Source: Candidatus Poribacteria bacterium (lineage in GTDB: Bacteria > Poribacteria > WGA-4E > WGA-3G). Taken from it: 64,000 bases of DNA. Of the stretch, positions 20,556-30,927 are shown piece after piece; the stretch's first letter is position 1, and each line of letters starts with the position of its first letter. The notes beneath the pieces are model-generated. The model saw only the letters and a list, made by a program, of their open reading frames with translations, did not search any database and was not told the origin of the DNA. The stretch covers positions 896,001-960,000 of the forward strand of contig CBDANF010000003.1 in the NCBI GenBank assembly GCA_965197475.1, in the 5' to 3' direction. A program made the position numbers and the translations under genes.

Positions 20556-21425
20556 TTAGACTTGCACCGCAGCTAATCCTTCCGAAAAAGGCCAGGCTTC
20601 CTCAAATCTCGGTTCAATAACCCACTCACCCGATTTGTCAATATAACCAAACTTACCATCTACAGCGACAGGCGCAAATCCTTCAGAAAAACACTCAACT
20701 TTGTCAAATCGTGGTTCAATCGTGACTTTCCCAGTTTTATCTACGTATCCATATTTCTGACCGATTCTAACACCAATTAATCCTTCAGAGAAGTAGGGTA
20801 GATCGATTCTAAAGCCTAATTCAAGAACCACCTGCCCAGTTTTATCAATAAACCCGCGTTTCCCTTCCTTTGTTTTAACATAGGCATAACCTTCGGAGAA
20901 ATCGGATGTGTCTCCAAAATGTGGTGGAATGACCTCCGCTCCCGTTTTATCAATATACCCTTGATTGATTTCCTCGCCTTCCAGAGAAACTCTCGCCAAT
21001 CCTTCAGAAAAGGAGTACATGCATATATAAGGAGGTATGAGCACCCACTCACCATCGGTGTTAATATAACCTTCGGTTGTGTCAGTTCTTACATGGGCAA
21101 GACCATTGACAAAATCATCAACAGTACAAAAGATCGGCGAGATAACTACCTCTCCAGACTTATTGATATACCCCCACTTGCCATCTCTGGAAATAGGAGC
21201 TAATCCCTCACTGAAACAATATGCCCATTCAAATTGGAGAGGGATCACAAAATCCCCATGTGTGTCAATGAACCCGGATTTTCCATCAACCTCTACAGCA
21301 GCTACGCCTTCGGTAAAATAGCCGGGAGTATCAAACTGTGGAGGAATGATGAACTTTCCGCTTTTATCAATGTAACCGTATTTCGACATTTTCAAGACCT
21401 TCTTGATTGGCAAAGCGGTTTCCAT
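20556..21425 (-). CDS. WG repeat protein (copy 12)
   Basis: WG repeats; probable start at MSKYGY. Confidence 0.9.
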   Translation of the reverse strand: METALPIKKVLKMSKYGYIDKSGKFIIPPQFDTPGYFTEGVAAVEVDGKSGFIDTHGDFVIPLQFEWAYCFSEGLAPISRDGKWGYINKSGEVVISPIFCTVDDFVNGLAHVRTDTTEGYINTDGEWVLIPPYICMYSFSEGLARVSLEGEEINQGYIDKTGAEVIPPHFGDTSDFSEGYAYVKTKEGKRGFIDKTGQVVLELGFRIDLPYFSEGLIGVRIGQKYGYVDKTGKVTIEPRFDKVECFSEGFAPVAVDGKFGYIDKSGEWVIEPRFEEAWPFSEGLAAVQV

Positions 21426-21458
21426 CGCGAACGGATTGTACGGATTTACACAGAAACA

Positions 21459-22334
21459 TTAGATTATTACCGAAGCTAACCCCTCTGAAAAAAGTCCGGC
21501 TTCCTTGAATCTCGGTTCAATAACCCACTCACCCGATTTGTCAATGTAACCGGACTTACCATCAACAGCGGCAGACGCAAGCCCTTCAGAAAAATCACCG
21601 ACTTTATCAAATTTCGGTTCAATGACAAGTGAACCAGTTTTATCTGCGTATCCATATTTCCCATCGATTTTAACAGCAACCAATCCTTCAAAAAAGTAGG
21701 GACGATACGTTTCAAATGCTAAATCAAGAACCACCTGACCGGTTTTATCAATAAACACATGCTCCCCATCCTTGGTCTCAACATAGGCGTAACCTTCGGA
21801 AAAATTGTAGGTGTTTCTAAAGTGAGTGGGAATCACCTCCGCTCCCGTAATATCAATATACCCTTCATTGGATTCCTCTCCTTCTACCCAAACTATCGCT
21901 AATCCTTCAGAAAATGAGAAACAGCATACATAAGGCGGAATCAATGCCCATTCGCCATCGGTGTTAATATATCCTTCGGTAGTTTCGGTTATTACATGGG
22001 CAAGACCATCGGAGAAGTAAGTAGCATATTTAAACGTCGGCGGTATCACCACGGTGCCAGCTCTATTGATGTAACCGTATTTGCCATCTATGGAAACAGC
22101 GGCTAATCCTTCACTGAAATCATCTGCATATTCAAATTGGAAGGGAAGTGCAAACCCTCCGTGTTTGTCAATAAACCCGCATTTTCCATCAATCTCTACG
22201 GCGGCTACGCCTTCGGTATGATAACCGGGAGTATCAAACTGTGGAGGAATGATGAACTTTCCGCTTTTATCAATGTAACCGTATTTCGACATTTTCAAGA
22301 CCTTCTTGATTAGTAATGCGGTTTCCATCGCCAA
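21459..22334 (-). CDS. WG repeat protein (copy 11)
   Basis: WG repeats; nearly identical to 29017..29892 except the C-terminus. Confidence 0.9.
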   Translation of the reverse strand: MAMETALLIKKVLKMSKYGYIDKSGKFIIPPQFDTPGYHTEGVAAVEIDGKCGFIDKHGGFALPFQFEYADDFSEGLAAVSIDGKYGYINRAGTVVIPPTFKYATYFSDGLAHVITETTEGYINTDGEWALIPPYVCCFSFSEGLAIVWVEGEESNEGYIDITGAEVIPTHFRNTYNFSEGYAYVETKDGEHVFIDKTGQVVLDLAFETYRPYFFEGLVAVKIDGKYGYADKTGSLVIEPKFDKVGDFSEGLASAAVDGKSGYIDKSGEWVIEPRFKEAGLFSEGLASVII

Positions 22335-22361
22335 CGGATTGTACGGATTTACACAGAGACA

Positions 22362-23324
22362 TTAGATTATTACCGAAGCTAACCCCTCTGAAAAAAGTCC
22401 GGCTTCCTTGAATCTCGGTTCAATAACCCACTCACCCGATTTGTCAATGTAACCGGACTTACCATCTACAAAAAGCCCGCCTCGCCTGAATTTCGGATCA
22501 AAAACCCATTCACCCGATTTGTCAAAGTAACCATACTTACCATCTACAGCAACAGGTGCAAGCCCTTCAGAAAACCTCTCGACTCTATCAAATCTCGGTT
22601 CAATCACGACGCTCCCGGATTTATCTGCAAATCCGTATTGATGATCGATATTAACACCGATCAACCCTTCAGAGAAGTATGGAGGATAAAATATTAACGC
22701 GGATTCAAAAACCATCTGACCCGTTTTATCAATAAAACCACGTTTTCCTTCCTTTGTTTTAACGTAGGCATAACCTTCAGAGAAAGCAGACGTGTCTGCA
22801 AAGTGAGTGGGAATAACCTCCGCTCCCGTTATATCAATATACCCTTGATTGATTTCCTCGCCTTCCAGAGAAACTCTCGCCAATCCTTCAGAAAAGGAGT
22901 ACATGCATATATAAGGAGGTATGAGTGCCCACTCACCATCGGTGTTAATATAACCTTCGGTTGTTTCGGTCATTACATGGGCAAGACCATCGGAGAAGTA
23001 ATCAGCATCTTTAAACGTCGGCGGTATCACCACGGTGCCAACTCTATTGATGTAGCCGTATTTGCCATCTATGGAAACAGCGGCTAATCCTTCACTGAAA
23101 TCATCTGCATATTCAAATTGGAGGGGGATCACAAAATCACCCTGTTTGTCAATGAACCCGCATTTTCCATCAACCTCTACGGCGGTTAAACCTTCGGTAA
23201 AATAGCCGGGAGTATCAAACTGGGGTGGAATAACAATACTCCCACTTTTATCAATGTAACCGTATTTTGACATTTTCAAGACCTTCTTCATTAGTAATGC
23301 GGGTTTTCTTGACAAAACGGGCAC
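22362..23324 (-). CDS. WG repeat protein (copy 10)
   Basis: WG repeats with one extra short repeat. Confidence 0.9.
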   Translation of the reverse strand: MPVLSRKPALLMKKVLKMSKYGYIDKSGSIVIPPQFDTPGYFTEGLTAVEVDGKCGFIDKQGDFVIPLQFEYADDFSEGLAAVSIDGKYGYINRVGTVVIPPTFKDADYFSDGLAHVMTETTEGYINTDGEWALIPPYICMYSFSEGLARVSLEGEEINQGYIDITGAEVIPTHFADTSAFSEGYAYVKTKEGKRGFIDKTGQMVFESALIFYPPYFSEGLIGVNIDHQYGFADKSGSVVIEPRFDRVERFSEGLAPVAVDGKYGYFDKSGEWVFDPKFRRGGLFVDGKSGYIDKSGEWVIEPRFKEAGLFSEGLASVII

Positions 23325-23345
23325 CTATAGATTTATACCACCACA

Positions 23346-24230
23346 TTAGATTTTTACCGCAGCTAAACCCTCTGAAAAACAAGTAGCGTACCTAAATATC
23401 GGTTCAATCATCCACTTCCCAGTTTTGTCAATGTACCCATACTTCCCATTTATTTTGACAGGCGCGAGTCCTTCGGAAAACAAGTCGGCTTTATCAAATC
23501 GTGGTTCAATGACGAGTGCCCCAGTTTTGCCTGCATATCCATATTTTCCGTTCACCTTAACGACAACCAATCCTTCAGAGAAATAGGGAACATACGCTTC
23601 AAATTCTAATTCAAGTACCACTTGACCGGTTTTATCAATAAACATATACTTGCCTTGTTTTGTTTCAACATAGGCATAACCATCGGAGAAATCCCACGTG
23701 TCTTCAAAGCGGGATGGGATAATTAATTCACCGGCCTTATCAATATACCCTTCATCATATCCACCATCTTTTTCATTTTGGATACCGATTTGGGCAACTC
23801 CTTCTGAGAAATCATATAAAATTGTTTCACCGGATGGCGTGAGTGCCCATTCACCCGTAGTGTTAATATAGCCTTCAGTTGTGTCAGTTTTTGCACGAGC
23901 CAGACCATCGGAAAATACCCACGCCTCTCGAAAGGTGAGTGGAATGATTACCTTTCCAGACCTATTGATAAAACCGCACTTTTCATCTATGCAAATAGGT
24001 GCTAAACCATCGCTAAACCAAAGTGCCCATTTATATTGGAACGGGATCGCGAAATTACCTTGTTTGTCTATGAACCTGTACACTCCATCAATCTCCACAG
24101 CTGCTACACCTTCAGAATAACCGTAGCAGTCATCAAACTGTGGTGGAATGATGAACTTTCCGCTTTTATCAATGTAACCAAATTTTGACATTTTCAAGAC
24201 CTTCTTGATTGGCAAAGCGGTTTCCATCAC
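23346..24230 (-). CDS. WG repeat protein (copy 9)
   Basis: WG repeats. Confidence 0.9.
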   Translation of the reverse strand: MMETALPIKKVLKMSKFGYIDKSGKFIIPPQFDDCYGYSEGVAAVEIDGVYRFIDKQGNFAIPFQYKWALWFSDGLAPICIDEKCGFINRSGKVIIPLTFREAWVFSDGLARAKTDTTEGYINTTGEWALTPSGETILYDFSEGVAQIGIQNEKDGGYDEGYIDKAGELIIPSRFEDTWDFSDGYAYVETKQGKYMFIDKTGQVVLELEFEAYVPYFSEGLVVVKVNGKYGYAGKTGALVIEPRFDKADLFSEGLAPVKINGKYGYIDKTGKWMIEPIFRYATCFSEGLAAVKI

Positions 24231-24260
24231 GAATGGATTGTACGGATTTACACAGAAACA

Positions 24261-25220
24261 TTAGATTATTACCGAAGCTAACCCCTCTGAAAAAAGTCCG
24301 GCTTCCTTGAATCTCGGTTCAATAACCCACTCACCAGTTTTGTCAATGTAACCAGACTTCCCATCTACAAAAAGCCCGCCTCGCCTGAATGTCGGATCAA
24401 AAACCCATTCACCCGATTTGTCAAAGTAACCATACTTACCATCTACAGCAACAGGTGCAAGCCCTTCAGAAAACCTCTCGACTCTATCAAATCTCGGTTC
24501 AATCACGACGCTCCCGGATTTATCTGCAAATCCGTATTGATGATCGATATTAACACCGATCAACCCTTCAGAGAAGTATGGAGGATAAAATATTAACGCG
24601 GATTCAAAAACCATCTGACCCGTTTTATCAATAAAACCACGTTTTCCTTCCTTTGTTTTAACGTAGGCATAACCTTCAGAGAAAGCAGACGTGTCTGCAA
24701 AGTGAGTGGGAATAACCTCCGCTCCCGTTATATCAATATACCCTTGATTGATTTCCTCGCCTTCCAGAGAAACTCTCGCCAATCCTTCAGAAAAGGAGTA
24801 CATGCATATATAAGGAGGTATGAGTGCCCACTCACCATCGGTGTTAATATAACCTTCGGTTGTTTCGGTCATTACATGGGCAAGACCATCGGAGAAGTAA
24901 TCAGCATCTTTAAACGTCGGCGGTATCACCACAGTGCCAACTCTATTGATGTAGCCGTATTTGCCATCTATGGAAACAGGTGCTAATCCTTCACTGAACC
25001 AATGTGCACACTCATATTGGAGGGGGATCACAAAATCACCCTGTTTGTCAATGAACCCGGATTTTCCATCAATCTCTACAGATGCTATGCCTTCAGAATA
25101 TTCGTAGCAGTCATCAAACTGTGGTGGAATGACGAAACTCCCACTTTTATCAATGTATCCGTATTTTGACATTTTCAAAATTAGACTTGTACCAAAGCTA
25201 ACCCCTCCGAAAAACACCAA
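24261..25220 (-). CDS. WG repeat protein (copy 8)
   Basis: WG repeats; true start probably about 25172 (MSKYGY). Confidence 0.9.
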   Translation of the reverse strand: MVFFGGVSFGTSLILKMSKYGYIDKSGSFVIPPQFDDCYEYSEGIASVEIDGKSGFIDKQGDFVIPLQYECAHWFSEGLAPVSIDGKYGYINRVGTVVIPPTFKDADYFSDGLAHVMTETTEGYINTDGEWALIPPYICMYSFSEGLARVSLEGEEINQGYIDITGAEVIPTHFADTSAFSEGYAYVKTKEGKRGFIDKTGQMVFESALIFYPPYFSEGLIGVNIDHQYGFADKSGSVVIEPRFDRVERFSEGLAPVAVDGKYGYFDKSGEWVFDPTFRRGGLFVDGKSGYIDKTGEWVIEPRFKEAGLFSEGLASVII

Positions 25221-26164
25221 GCTTCCTTGAATCTCGGTTCAATCACCCACTCACCCGATTTGTCAATGTAACCATACTTAGCATCTACAAAAAGCCCGCC
25301 TCGCCTGAATGTCGGATCAGAAACCCATTCACCCGATTTGTCAAAGTAACCATACTTAGCATCTACAGCAGCAGGCGCAAGTCCTTCAGAAAAATCTCCG
25401 ACATTATCAAATCGCGGTTCAATCACGACGCTCCCGGATTTATCTGCAAATCCGTATTGATAATCGATATTAACACCGATCAACCCTTCAGAGAAGTATG
25501 GAGGATAAAATATTAACGCGGATTCAAGAACCATCTGACCAGTTTTATCAATAAAACAACGTTTTCCCTCCTTTGTTTTAACATAAGCATAACCTTCGGA
25601 GAAATCGGATATGCTTTCAAAGTCGGGTGGAATGACTATTGTCCCCATCCTATCAATATATCCCATATCCTCCCAATCCGTTTCTTCATTCCAGACACCA
25701 TGCCGAGCGAGGCCTTCAGAAAAACCGTATAACATGTGATCATCAGTGAATGTTAATGCTTTTTCACCAGATGTGTCAATATAGTGCTCATGTATAGCAC
25801 CATCAGTTGCCTTAGTTCTTACAAGGGCAAGACCATCGGAGAAGTAATCAGCATCTTTAAACGTCGGCGGTATCACCACGGTGCCGGCTTTATTGATGTA
25901 ACCGTATTTGTTGCCATCTATAGAAACAGCGGCTAATCCCTCACTGAAATCATATGCCGAGTGAAATTGGAGGGGAATTACAAAATCACCCTGCTTGTCA
26001 ATGAACCCGTATTTTCCATCAACCTCTACGGCGGCTATGCCATCGTTATAAAAGCCGGAAGTATCAAACTGCGGTGGAATGATGAACTTTCCGCTTTTAT
26101 CAATGTAACCGTATTTCGACATTTTCAAGACCTTCTTGATTAGTAATGCGGTTTCCATCGCCAA
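25181..26164 (-). CDS. WG repeat protein (copy 7)
   Basis: WG repeats; TKATDGAIHEHYID module shared with 29920..30900. Confidence 0.9.
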   Translation of the reverse strand: MAMETALLIKKVLKMSKYGYIDKSGKFIIPPQFDTSGFYNDGIAAVEVDGKYGFIDKQGDFVIPLQFHSAYDFSEGLAAVSIDGNKYGYINKAGTVVIPPTFKDADYFSDGLALVRTKATDGAIHEHYIDTSGEKALTFTDDHMLYGFSEGLARHGVWNEETDWEDMGYIDRMGTIVIPPDFESISDFSEGYAYVKTKEGKRCFIDKTGQMVLESALIFYPPYFSEGLIGVNIDYQYGFADKSGSVVIEPRFDNVGDFSEGLAPAAVDAKYGYFDKSGEWVSDPTFRRGGLFVDAKYGYIDKSGEWVIEPRFKEAWCFSEGLALVQV

Positions 26165-26191
26165 CGGATTGTACGGATTTACACAGAGACA

Positions 26192-27187
26192 TTAGATTAT
26201 TACCGCAGCTAACCCTTCTGAAAAAGGTTCGGCTTCCTTAAATCTCGGTTCAATAACCCACTCACCCGACTTGTCAATGTAACCATACTTACCTTCTACA
26301 AAAAACCCGGTTCCCTTGAATCTCGGTTCAATAACCCACTCTCCTGATTTGTCAATGTAACCGGACTTCCCATCTACAAAAAGCCCGCCTCGCCTGAATT
26401 TCGGATCAAAAACCCATTCACCCGATTTGTCAAAGTAACCATACTTACCATCTACAGCAACAGGTGCAAGCCCTTCAGAAAACCTCTCGACTCTATCAAA
26501 TCTCGGTTCAATCACGACGCTCCCGGATTTATCTGCAAATCCGTATTGATGATCGATATTAACACCGATCAACCCTTCAGAGAAGTATGGAGGATAAAAT
26601 ATTAACGCGGATTCAAAAACCATCTGACCCGTTTTATCAATAAAACCACGTTTTCCTTCCTTTGTTTTAACGTAGGCATAACCTTCAGAGAAAGCAGACG
26701 TGTCTGCAAAGTGAGTGGGAATAACCTCCGCTCCCGTTTTATCAATATACCCTTGATTGATTTCCTCGCCTTCCAGAGAAACTCTCGCCAATCCTTCAGA
26801 AAAGGAGTACATGCATATATAAGGAGGTATGAGTGCCCACTCACCATCGGTGTTAATATAACCTTCGGTTGTTTCGGTCATTACATGGGCAAGACCATCG
26901 GAGAAGTAATCAGCATCTTTAAACGTCGGCGGTATCACCACGGTGCCAACTCTATTGATGTAGCCGTATTTGCCATCTATGGAAACAGCGGCTAATCCTT
27001 CACTGAAATCATCTGCATATTCAAATTGGAAGGGAATTACAAAATCACCTTGTTTATCAATGAAACCACATTTCCCATCAACTTCAACAGCAGCTACGCC
27101 ATCGGTATAATAGCCAGGAGTATCAAACTGTGGTGGAATGATGAACTTTCCGCTTTTATCAATGTAACCATATTTTGACATTTTCAA
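26192..27187 (-). CDS. WG repeat protein (copy 6)
   Basis: WG repeats with two extra short repeats. Confidence 0.9.
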   Translation of the reverse strand: MKMSKYGYIDKSGKFIIPPQFDTPGYYTDGVAAVEVDGKCGFIDKQGDFVIPFQFEYADDFSEGLAAVSIDGKYGYINRVGTVVIPPTFKDADYFSDGLAHVMTETTEGYINTDGEWALIPPYICMYSFSEGLARVSLEGEEINQGYIDKTGAEVIPTHFADTSAFSEGYAYVKTKEGKRGFIDKTGQMVFESALIFYPPYFSEGLIGVNIDHQYGFADKSGSVVIEPRFDRVERFSEGLAPVAVDGKYGYFDKSGEWVFDPKFRRGGLFVDGKSGYIDKSGEWVIEPRFKGTGFFVEGKYGYIDKSGEWVIEPRFKEAEPFSEGLAAVII

Positions 27188-27189
27188 AA

Positions 27190-28122
27190 TTAGACTTGTA
27201 CCGAAGCTAACCCCTCTGAAAAAAGTCCGGCTTCCTTGAATCTCGGTTCAATAACCCACTCACCAGTTTTGTCAATGTAACCGGACTTCCCATCTACAAA
27301 AAGCCCGCCTCGCCTGAATGTCGGATCAAAAACCCATTCACCCGATTTGTCAAAGTAACCATACTTAGCATCTACAACAACAGCCGCAAGCCCTTCAGAA
27401 AAATGCCCAACTCTATCAAATCTCGGTTCAATCACGACTCTTCCTGTTTTATCTGCAAATCCGTATTTCTGATCGATCTTAACACCGATCAACCCTTCAG
27501 AAAAGTAGGAATAACCATCGACCTTAAACGCTAATTCGAGAACCATCTGACCCGTTTTATCAATAAACCCGCGTTTCCCTTCCTTTGTTTTAACATAGGC
27601 ATAACCTTCGGAGAAATCGGAGGTGTCTCTAAAGTGAGCGGGAATAACCTCCGCTCCCGTTATATCAATATACCCTTCATTGGATTCCTCTCCTTCTACC
27701 CAAACTATCGCTAATCCTTCAGAAAATGAGAAACAGCATACATAAGGCGGAATCAATGCCCATTCGCCATCGGTGTTAATATATCCTTCGGTAGTTTCGG
27801 TTATTACATGGGCAAGACCATCGGAGAAGTAAGTAGCATATTTAAACGTCGGCGGTATCACCACGGTGCCAGCTCTATTGATGTAACCGTATTTGCCATC
27901 TATGGAAACAGCGGCTAATCCTTCACTGAAATCATCTGCATATTCAAATTGGAAGGGAATTACAAAATCACCTTGTTTATCAATGAAACCACATTTCCCA
28001 TCAACTTCAACAGCAGCTACGCCATCGGTATAATAGCCGGGAGTATCAAAACGTGGAGGAATGATGAACTTTCCGTTTTTATCAATGTAACCATATTTAG
28101 ACATTTTCAAGACCTTCTTCAT
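27190..28122 (-). CDS. WG repeat protein (copy 5)
   Basis: WG repeats. Confidence 0.9.
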   Translation of the reverse strand: MKKVLKMSKYGYIDKNGKFIIPPRFDTPGYYTDGVAAVEVDGKCGFIDKQGDFVIPFQFEYADDFSEGLAAVSIDGKYGYINRAGTVVIPPTFKYATYFSDGLAHVITETTEGYINTDGEWALIPPYVCCFSFSEGLAIVWVEGEESNEGYIDITGAEVIPAHFRDTSDFSEGYAYVKTKEGKRGFIDKTGQMVLELAFKVDGYSYFSEGLIGVKIDQKYGFADKTGRVVIEPRFDRVGHFSEGLAAVVVDAKYGYFDKSGEWVFDPTFRRGGLFVDGKSGYIDKTGEWVIEPRFKEAGLFSEGLASVQV

Positions 28123-28174
28123 TAGTAATGCGGGTTTCCATCGCGAATGGATTGTACGGATTTACACAGAAATA

Positions 28175-29056
28175 TTAGATTTTTACCGCAGCTAACCCCT
28201 CTGAAAAACAAGTAGCGTACCTAAATATCGGTTCAATCATCCACTTCCCAGTTTTGTCAATGTACCCATACTTCCCATTTATTTTGACAGCCGCAAGTCC
28301 TTCAGAAAACATGTCGGCTCTATCAAATTGCGGTTCAATGACGAGTGCCCCAGTTTTGTCTGCATATCCATATTTTCCGTTCACCTTAACGACAACCAAC
28401 CCTTCAGAGAAATAGGGAACATACGCTTCAAATGCTAATTCAAGAACCACCTGACCGGTTTTATCAATAAACACCTGCTTCCCATCTTTTGTTTTAACAT
28501 AAGCGTAGTCCTCGGAGAAGTCCCATGTGTCTTTAAAATGAAGTGGAATTATTAATTTACCATTTTTATCAATATATCCCTGATCACACTCATCGTCTAA
28601 TCCCCAGACACGTGCCAATCCTTCAGAGAAAGAGAACAGGGATTCATAAGGCGGAATGAATGCCCACTCGCCATCGGTGTTAATATAACCAACGGTCGTT
28701 TCGGTTCTTACGAGGGCGAGACCGTCTAAGAAGTTCTCAGCATCTTTGTACGTTGGCGATATTCTCATGGTGCCATCCTTATTGATATAACCGTATTTAT
28801 CATCTACGAAAATAGGAGCTAACCCGTTACCAAATGGATGAGCACACTTATATTGAAGGGGAATGGCAAGATCACCTTGTTTGTTAATAAATCCGTATAC
28901 GCCATCAATCTCCACTGCTGCTAACCCTTCGGTATGACCGTAGCAATAATCAAACTGTGGTGGAATGACGAAACTCCCACTTTTATCAATGTATCCGTAT
29001 TTTGACATTTTCAAAATTAGACTTGTACCAAAGCTAACCCCTCCGAAAAACGCCAA
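28175..29056 (-). CDS. WG repeat protein (copy 4)
   Basis: WG repeats; core nearly identical to 19714..20553. Confidence 0.9.
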   Translation of the reverse strand: MAFFGGVSFGTSLILKMSKYGYIDKSGSFVIPPQFDYCYGHTEGLAAVEIDGVYGFINKQGDLAIPLQYKCAHPFGNGLAPIFVDDKYGYINKDGTMRISPTYKDAENFLDGLALVRTETTVGYINTDGEWAFIPPYESLFSFSEGLARVWGLDDECDQGYIDKNGKLIIPLHFKDTWDFSEDYAYVKTKDGKQVFIDKTGQVVLELAFEAYVPYFSEGLVVVKVNGKYGYADKTGALVIEPQFDRADMFSEGLAAVKINGKYGYIDKTGKWMIEPIFRYATCFSEGLAAVKI

Positions 29057-29892
29057 GCTTCACTAAATCTCGGTTCAATAACCCACTCTCCTGATTTGTC
29101 AAAGTACCCATACTTTCCGTCTACAGCAACTGCCGCAAGTCCTTCAGAAAAATCACCGACTTTATCAAATTTCGGTTCAATGACAAGTGAACCAGTTTTA
29201 TCTGCGTATCCATATTTCCCATCGATTTTAACAGCAACCAATCCTTCAAAAAAGTAGGGACGATACGTTTCAAATGCTAAATCAAGAACCACCTGACCGG
29301 TTTTATCAATAAACACATGCTCCCCATCCTTGGTCTCAACATAGGCGTAACCTTCGGAAAAATTGTAGGTGTTTCTAAAGTGAGTGGGAATCACCTCCGC
29401 TCCCGTAATATCAATATACCCTTCATTGGATTCCTCTCCTTCTACCCAAACTATCGCTAATCCTTCAGAAAATGAGAAACAGCATACATAAGGCGGAATC
29501 AATGCCCATTCGCCATCGGTGTTAATATATCCTTCGGTAGTTTCGGTTATTACATGGGCAAGACCATCGGAGAAGTAAGTAGCATATTTAAACGTCGGCG
29601 GTATCACCACGGTGCCAGCTCTATTGATGTAACCGTATTTGCCATCTATGGAAACAGCGGCTAATCCTTCACTGAAATCATCTGCATATTCAAATTGGAA
29701 GGGAAGTGCAAACCCTCCGTGTTTGTCAATAAACCCGCATTTTCCATCAATCTCTACGGCGGCTACGCCTTCGGTATGATAACCGGGAGTATCAAACTGT
29801 GGAGGAATGATGAACTTTCCGCTTTTATCAATGTAACCGTATTTCGACATTTTCAAGACCTTCTTGATTAGTAATGCGGTTTCCATCGCCAA
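29017..29892 (-). CDS. WG repeat protein (copy 3)
   Basis: WG repeats. Confidence 0.9.
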   Translation of the reverse strand: MAMETALLIKKVLKMSKYGYIDKSGKFIIPPQFDTPGYHTEGVAAVEIDGKCGFIDKHGGFALPFQFEYADDFSEGLAAVSIDGKYGYINRAGTVVIPPTFKYATYFSDGLAHVITETTEGYINTDGEWALIPPYVCCFSFSEGLAIVWVEGEESNEGYIDITGAEVIPTHFRNTYNFSEGYAYVETKDGEHVFIDKTGQVVLDLAFETYRPYFFEGLVAVKIDGKYGYADKTGSLVIEPKFDKVGDFSEGLAAVAVDGKYGYFDKSGEWVIEPRFSEAWRFSEGLALVQV

Positions 29893-29919
29893 CGGATTGT
29901 ACGGATTTACACAGAGACA

Positions 29920-30900
29920 TTAGATTATTACCGAAGCTAACCCCTCTGAAAAAAGTCCGGCTTCCTTGAATCTCGGTTCAATAACCCACTCACCCGACTT
30001 GTCAATGTAACCGGACTTACCATCTACAAAAAGCCCGCCTCGTCTGAATTTCGGATCAAAAACCCATTCACCCGATTTGTCAAAGTAACCATACTTAGCA
30101 TCTACAACAACAGCCGCAAGCCCTTCAGAAAAATGTCCGACATTATCAAATCGCGGTTCAATCACGACGCTCCCGGATTTATCTGCAAATCCGTATTGAT
30201 GATCGATATTAACACCGATCAACCCTTCAGAGAAGTATGGAGGATAAAATATTAACGCGGATTCAAGAACCATCTGACCAGTTTTATCAATACACCCACT
30301 TTTTCCCTCCTTTGTTTTAACATAAGCATAACCTTCGGAGAAATCGGATATGCTTTCAAAGTCGGGTGGAATGACTATTGTCCCCATCCTATCAATATAT
30401 CCCATATCAAACGTATCTTCTTTTTCATTCCAGACACCATGCCGAGCGAGGCCTTCAGAAAAACCGTATAACATGTGATCATCAGTGAATGTTAATGCTT
30501 TTTCACCAGATTTGTCAATATAGTGCTCATGTATAGCACCATCAGTTGCCTTGGTTCTTACAAGGGCAAGACCATCGGAGAAGTAAGTAGCATATTTAAA
30601 CGTCGGCGGTATCACTACAGTGCCGGATCTATTGATGTAACCGTATTTGCCATCTATTGAAACAACGGCAAATCCTTCGCTGAAATCATCTACATATTCA
30701 AATTGGAGGGGAATCACAAAATCACCCCGCTTGTCAATGAAACCGCATTTTCCATCAATCTCTACAGATGCTACGCCTTCGATATGATAACCGGGAGTAT
30801 CAAACTGTGGAGGAATGATGAACTTTCCGCTTTTATCAATGTAACCGTATTTCGACATTTTCAAGACCTTCTTGATTAGTAATGCGGTTTCCATCGCCAA
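29920..30900 (-). CDS. WG repeat protein (copy 2)
   Basis: WG repeats. Confidence 0.9.
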   Translation of the reverse strand: MAMETALLIKKVLKMSKYGYIDKSGKFIIPPQFDTPGYHIEGVASVEIDGKCGFIDKRGDFVIPLQFEYVDDFSEGFAVVSIDGKYGYINRSGTVVIPPTFKYATYFSDGLALVRTKATDGAIHEHYIDKSGEKALTFTDDHMLYGFSEGLARHGVWNEKEDTFDMGYIDRMGTIVIPPDFESISDFSEGYAYVKTKEGKSGCIDKTGQMVLESALIFYPPYFSEGLIGVNIDHQYGFADKSGSVVIEPRFDNVGHFSEGLAAVVVDAKYGYFDKSGEWVFDPKFRRGGLFVDGKSGYIDKSGEWVIEPRFKEAGLFSEGLASVII

Positions 30901-30927
30901 CGGATTGTACGGATTTACACAGAGACA